DNA of 64,000 nucleotides from Candidatus Poribacteria bacterium (GTDB lineage: Bacteria > Poribacteria > WGA-4E > WGA-3G). Shown here one piece after another: positions 60,140-64,000 of the stretch (position 1 is its first letter; every line of letters starts with the position of its first letter). The stretch is taken from contig CAXXLX010000001.1 of the NCBI GenBank assembly GCA_963665235.2, forward strand, positions 1,376,001 to 1,440,000. The letters are read 5' to 3'. A program made the translations under genes and the position numbers. The notes beneath the pieces were generated by a model. It ran no database searches, had not been told where the DNA came from, and was given only the letters and a program-made list of their open reading frames with translations.

Positions 60140-60871
60140 ATGAAAACTAAAGCGTTTTGGTTACCTCAGTTGTTGGCAATAATTTGTATCCTCACAGTGG
60201 GGAGCGTCCCGATGGTTTATGGTGGTGCCCACGAAGAGGGTGAAGAGATAGAAATGGAAGAGGAATCGGGTATTTCCGGGTGGTTCCGGACCGATACGGA
60301 TGGCTACGGAACACAAATCTGGTTCGGTGCGAGTCATCCGATGGGCAGTGTTTCCATAGACACCGATATATACGTTGTGGATACGTTTGGTGAATTTGAC
60401 CTCGGGCTTGGCATTCCGGTAGTCGATAGCGAAGACATGTCCCTTACTTTTCTCCCGATGGTGGGTATCGGGTTTGATTATAAATCAGCGAACGGTCCTT
60501 CTTCTCTGATTGCGCCGCAGCTGTTTACCTACCTTACTGCCGGCTCTATCTATCTTGAATCGTGGCTTCAATTTTTCTTCAACACGCCATTTGATTACGG
60601 TGATGACTCTTTTTATACCCGCGACTTTCTTCTCTATTCACTGAATGATACTATCGCTATCGGCCCGCAAGTAGAAGCAACAATTCTATTAAAGGGTTTA
60701 GAGGAAGAAACTGAAACAGGTCTTAGTAGTCTTGTTGTCGGTGGACGTATTAATCTAGGTTACGGTGAAAACAATACGTTAGGGCTCTTTGTCGGATACG
60801 AAACCCAACTCGAAGAAAAGTCAGAAGATTCGGGAATTACCGGCAGACTGACTTTCGTCCGTATGTGGTAG
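60140..60871 (+). CDS. putative outer-membrane porin / beta-barrel
   Basis: signal peptide; amphipathic strands; terminal aromatic (FVRMW); AAGGAG RBS. Confidence 0.65.
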   Translation: MKTKAFWLPQLLAIICILTVGSVPMVYGGAHEEGEEIEMEEESGISGWFRTDTDGYGTQIWFGASHPMGSVSIDTDIYVVDTFGEFDLGLGIPVVDSEDMSLTFLPMVGIGFDYKSANGPSSLIAPQLFTYLTAGSIYLESWLQFFFNTPFDYGDDSFYTRDFLLYSLNDTIAIGPQVEATILLKGLEEETETGLSSLVVGGRINLGYGENNTLGLFVGYETQLEEKSEDSGITGRLTFVRMW

Positions 60872-61278
60872 AAATGGGTATCCTAAACAGCCACGGACTA
60901 AACAGACCGAGGCAACAAATTCATCGCGAATCCGAGTTAAAGCAGATTACTCATGATTCGCATTGAGGCGCGAGCACCCACAGAAAGTTTTACTGATATC
61001 CCTGAGTTTTCCTTTCCTATTTGTGGGTGTTCGTCTTTTAATGTCTAAAGCATGCTGTCTTTTTAAGCAGTTAGTGCTAATCACTCGATACCGTTATTAG
61101 ATTTTGATAGAATGGTAGGACAGGATAGTTCTTACTTTACGATGCTACGGCACACGGCGTGTGCCTGCTACTTTTTCACAATTTTGAGATTTAAGGGTGG
61201 ACAAAGTTGCATACCCTTACCGAAACAAACACGTAACAAGCATCATTTGCTTAAAAGTATTTATTAAGGAGGCTACAG

Positions 61279-62709
61279 ATGCGACAACGATGTGCATCAC
61301 AATTTACAAAGAAGCGATTTTATTACACACGAATTGGAGCAGCCCTTCTGATTTTATTGATGTGTGGAATGCTGAGCCTTGCCATGGCACAGGACGCACC
61401 GACAGAAGAACAGGCGGCACCTGTGGAACAACAAACGGAAGCGACAGCGACAGAAGAAGCCTCGCTCAGTTCCGGGGATACCGCGTGGATGCTAACAGCA
61501 ACCGCACTCGTGCTGTTTATGACGATTCCGGGGCTTGCTCTCTTTTATGGCGGACTTGTGCGCGTACAGAACGTACTCTCTGTGCTCATGCAGTGTTTCG
61601 CTTTAACAGGGCTCATCACTATTTTATGGATTGTTATTGGGTATAGTCTTGCCTTTAACACCGCTGGCATGGAGGCAGGAAAAATCACACTCAACTCCTT
61701 TGTTGGCGGACTCGGCACGTATTTCCTGAAGGGTGTTGGTGTAGATAGTTTAAGCGGGACTATTCCCGAAACTGTTTTTATTGTTTTCCAAATGACATTT
61801 GCGATTATTACGCCTGCCCTGATTGCTGGCGCGTTTGCCGAGCGGATGAAGTTTTCTGCTATGCTGCTCTTCTCCGCCGTTTGGTCACTCATCGTCTATG
61901 CACCTCTCTGTCACATGGCCTGGTCTGGTGATGGTTCACTGTTTGGTGATATTATCGGCGCGCTTGATTTTGCGGGCGGAAATGTAGTGCATATTAACGC
62001 CGGTATCGCTGCATTAGTTGCCGCAATTTTAGTCGGAAAACGACTCGGTTATCAGACAACTGCAATGCCACCGCATAGCTTAACACTCACTGTCGTCGGT
62101 GCATCAATGCTCTGGGTCGGATGGTTCGGGTTCAATGCTGGAAGTGCTGTTGCTGCTGATGGCACTGCTGGCATGGCGATGCTTGTCACACAGGTTTCAA
62201 CCGCTACCGCCGCAATTACATGGATGTTTATTGAATGGGCGAAACACGGCAAACCGAGTGTTTTGGGTATCGTCACAGGTGCCGTCGCTGGGTTAGTAGC
62301 AATTACACCTGCCTCAGGTTCAGTCGGCCCAATTGGTGCACTTGTTATCGGGCTCGTTTCGGGTGCTGTCTGTTTCTGGGGTGCCACTAGCTTGAAAACG
62401 AAACTCGGTTATGACGATTCGCTTGATGCGTTCGGTGTTCACGGCATCGGTGGAATTGTTGGTGCATTGTTGACAGGTGTTTTCACCGCAACTGCATTAG
62501 GTGGTGCGGGATTAGGTGAAGGTATTACTATAGGAATGCAGGTTTGGAAGCAATTCCTTAGCATCGTCATCACTATTGTTTGGAGCGGTGTGCTTTCGTT
62601 TATTATCCTTAAAATCGCTGATGCCGTAGTCGGTCTACGCGTTGAAGAGGATGACGAACGGATGGGACTTGACCTATCACAGCACAATGAGCGAGGTTAT
62701 AACCTCTAA
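61279..62709 (+). CDS. amtB: ammonium transporter
   Basis: GDTAWML, FQMTFAIIT, DFAGGNVVH, WFGFNAGS, DDSLDAFGVHG. Confidence 0.96.
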   Translation: MRQRCASQFTKKRFYYTRIGAALLILLMCGMLSLAMAQDAPTEEQAAPVEQQTEATATEEASLSSGDTAWMLTATALVLFMTIPGLALFYGGLVRVQNVLSVLMQCFALTGLITILWIVIGYSLAFNTAGMEAGKITLNSFVGGLGTYFLKGVGVDSLSGTIPETVFIVFQMTFAIITPALIAGAFAERMKFSAMLLFSAVWSLIVYAPLCHMAWSGDGSLFGDIIGALDFAGGNVVHINAGIAALVAAILVGKRLGYQTTAMPPHSLTLTVVGASMLWVGWFGFNAGSAVAADGTAGMAMLVTQVSTATAAITWMFIEWAKHGKPSVLGIVTGAVAGLVAITPASGSVGPIGALVIGLVSGAVCFWGATSLKTKLGYDDSLDAFGVHGIGGIVGALLTGVFTATALGGAGLGEGITIGMQVWKQFLSIVITIVWSGVLSFIILKIADAVVGLRVEEDDERMGLDLSQHNERGYNL

Positions 62710-62726
62710 TAGGTTGCTAAGAATTT

Positions 62727-62814
62727 GGACTTACGCGATTGCTTAGTAGGTGCGGTTTCCTAACTGCACCTACCAAGTGAAAACAGACGTAATTCTGTAC
62801 GCCTGCGTAAGTCC
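62727..62814. mobile_element. MITE family B short copy carrying a GTAG palindrome
   Basis: GGACTTACGC...GCGTAAGTCC ends; internal GTAGGTGCGG..CTGCACCTAC. Confidence 0.6.
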
Positions 62815-62999
62815 TATATCGAACAAAAACTTCAGAAGTTGTCTGCTGTCCAGAAACATTTAGTTCTCCTATCGTTGTGGGGACGAGCTCCCGGGCACGA
62901 TTCCTGAGGCAGAGGCATAAAAATCCGAAAATTGAATGCTTGATTTATATCGACAAATCAAGTATAATAGAGATAGTGTTATTTGAATGGAGGAAAACC

Positions 63000-63443
63000 T
63001 TGAAAACAAAACCGAGGGCACCGCTGTTATCAGCACGAATGGATTGGATTGTCATAGAGATTTTGATACTTTTCGTTGCCACAGTTGTTTATACCGTAAT
63101 AATCTGGATATCTGAGAGCGGTGGCACACTGCGAATAACATTAGATACGTTCAAAGCGACCATGAGGGAAGTTGCGCCCTTCTCTCAAGTTACGTTTATT
63201 TATATCGTCGGCGCATTTGAATTGGGAGGTGAAATCATGCTTCGTTTCACAAGCAAGATACAAAAAGCTATCGAACAAGGCATCGAACAAGGCATCGAAC
63301 AAGGCATCGCCAAAGGACGGGATGAAGTTTACCGCGCATGGTACGCTGAATGGGAAAAAAGACGACAGGACGCAGCAGACAGGGGAATACCCTTTAACGA
63401 ACCACCCCCGACTAATCCCAACAATACCACCACAGCTGAATAG
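63000..63443 (+). CDS. membrane protein with Rpn-like C-terminal (IEQG)n tail
   Basis: TTG start after GGAGG; two hydrophobic segments; ATCGAACAAGGC x3. Confidence 0.7.
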   Translation: MKTKPRAPLLSARMDWIVIEILILFVATVVYTVIIWISESGGTLRITLDTFKATMREVAPFSQVTFIYIVGAFELGGEIMLRFTSKIQKAIEQGIEQGIEQGIAKGRDEVYRAWYAEWEKRRQDAADRGIPFNEPPPTNPNNTTTAE

Positions 63444-63611
63444 CACAACCTCATAAAAGGGTATCGCGCGTAATTGATTTTAGATTCTACGCGACTCCCT
63501 AATGGGTGTGGCATCCCAACTACACCTACTACGTAAGAATTCGCGTGAACCTTGTTTTTATTATCCGGCGGATTTTAATATCCGCCCTATTTTTGGGCAT
63601 TCTGTCCACGG

Positions 63612-64000
63612 TTACGTTGCTGTAGCCTGCGCGACTATTTCGCCATCAGGCAGCACACCGTTTGCCACAAGCAGCTGCAGTCTTGCACCGATATTTCGGT
63701 ACACCGCTTCAACCCACGTCGTATCAAACGTATCCCCCGTGTTGTGGATAACAAGCGTCCGGGGGGCAATTAGGGCACCAGCTGTACGAAAATCACCCAC
63801 CTTGCGGAGACTTGGAATCGGTAAGGTTTCCAAATAGGCAGCATCACTGCTGTTATCAAATTGTACTACATCCACGACGACATTTTTGACATCAGCGAAT
63901 CCTGCTGCGAGCAACCCCCACAAACCAGCCTTCCCTATTCCGATTAAGCTCACATCTGAAACATCCCCTCGGGTTGAGAAATACTGCAACGTTGTTAAGA
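63612..64000 (-). CDS. C-terminal part of an alpha/beta-hydrolase-like protein (runs off the window)
   Basis: LIGIGKAGLWGLLA and ALIAPRTL..HN motifs; frame open to the window edge. Confidence 0.6.
   Translation of the reverse strand, partial: LTTLQYFSTRGDVSDVSLIGIGKAGLWGLLAAGFADVKNVVVDVVQFDNSSDAAYLETLPIPSLRKVGDFRTAGALIAPRTLVIHNTGDTFDTTWVEAVYRNIGARLQLLVANGVLPDGEIVAQATAT

Overview
Bacterial chromosomal window. It is probably from Candidatus Poribacteria, an inference from three sulfatases, two PhyH dioxygenases and a LamG protein ending in a TWGxIK motif. Core and catabolic genes include smc, recG, recN, nadK, aroE, zapA, msrA, amtB, comF and a fused IOR-type oxidoreductase. Main accessory features: (1) A type III R-M locus with a frameshifted mod. 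Between mod and res lie a DUF3800 gene faced by a convergent ~83-nt structured RNA with its own consensus promoter, a relic 3' end of a different mod allele, and an XRE-HTH/ImmA-IrrE gene. (2) An IS200/IS605 OMEGA element (omegaRNA + isrB) inserted exactly between a host Shine-Dalgarno and its ATGA start. Its isrB is split in two by a 127-bp insertion copied from its own start region and from the 3' end of recG. (3) A 99-bp derivative of the same element type at the zapA start codon, and a decayed tnpB element in the leader of an ompA-like gene. (4) Two MITE families and GTAG-type REPs. No rRNA, tRNA or CRISPR array was recognised. All family calls are by motif recognition, with no database search.
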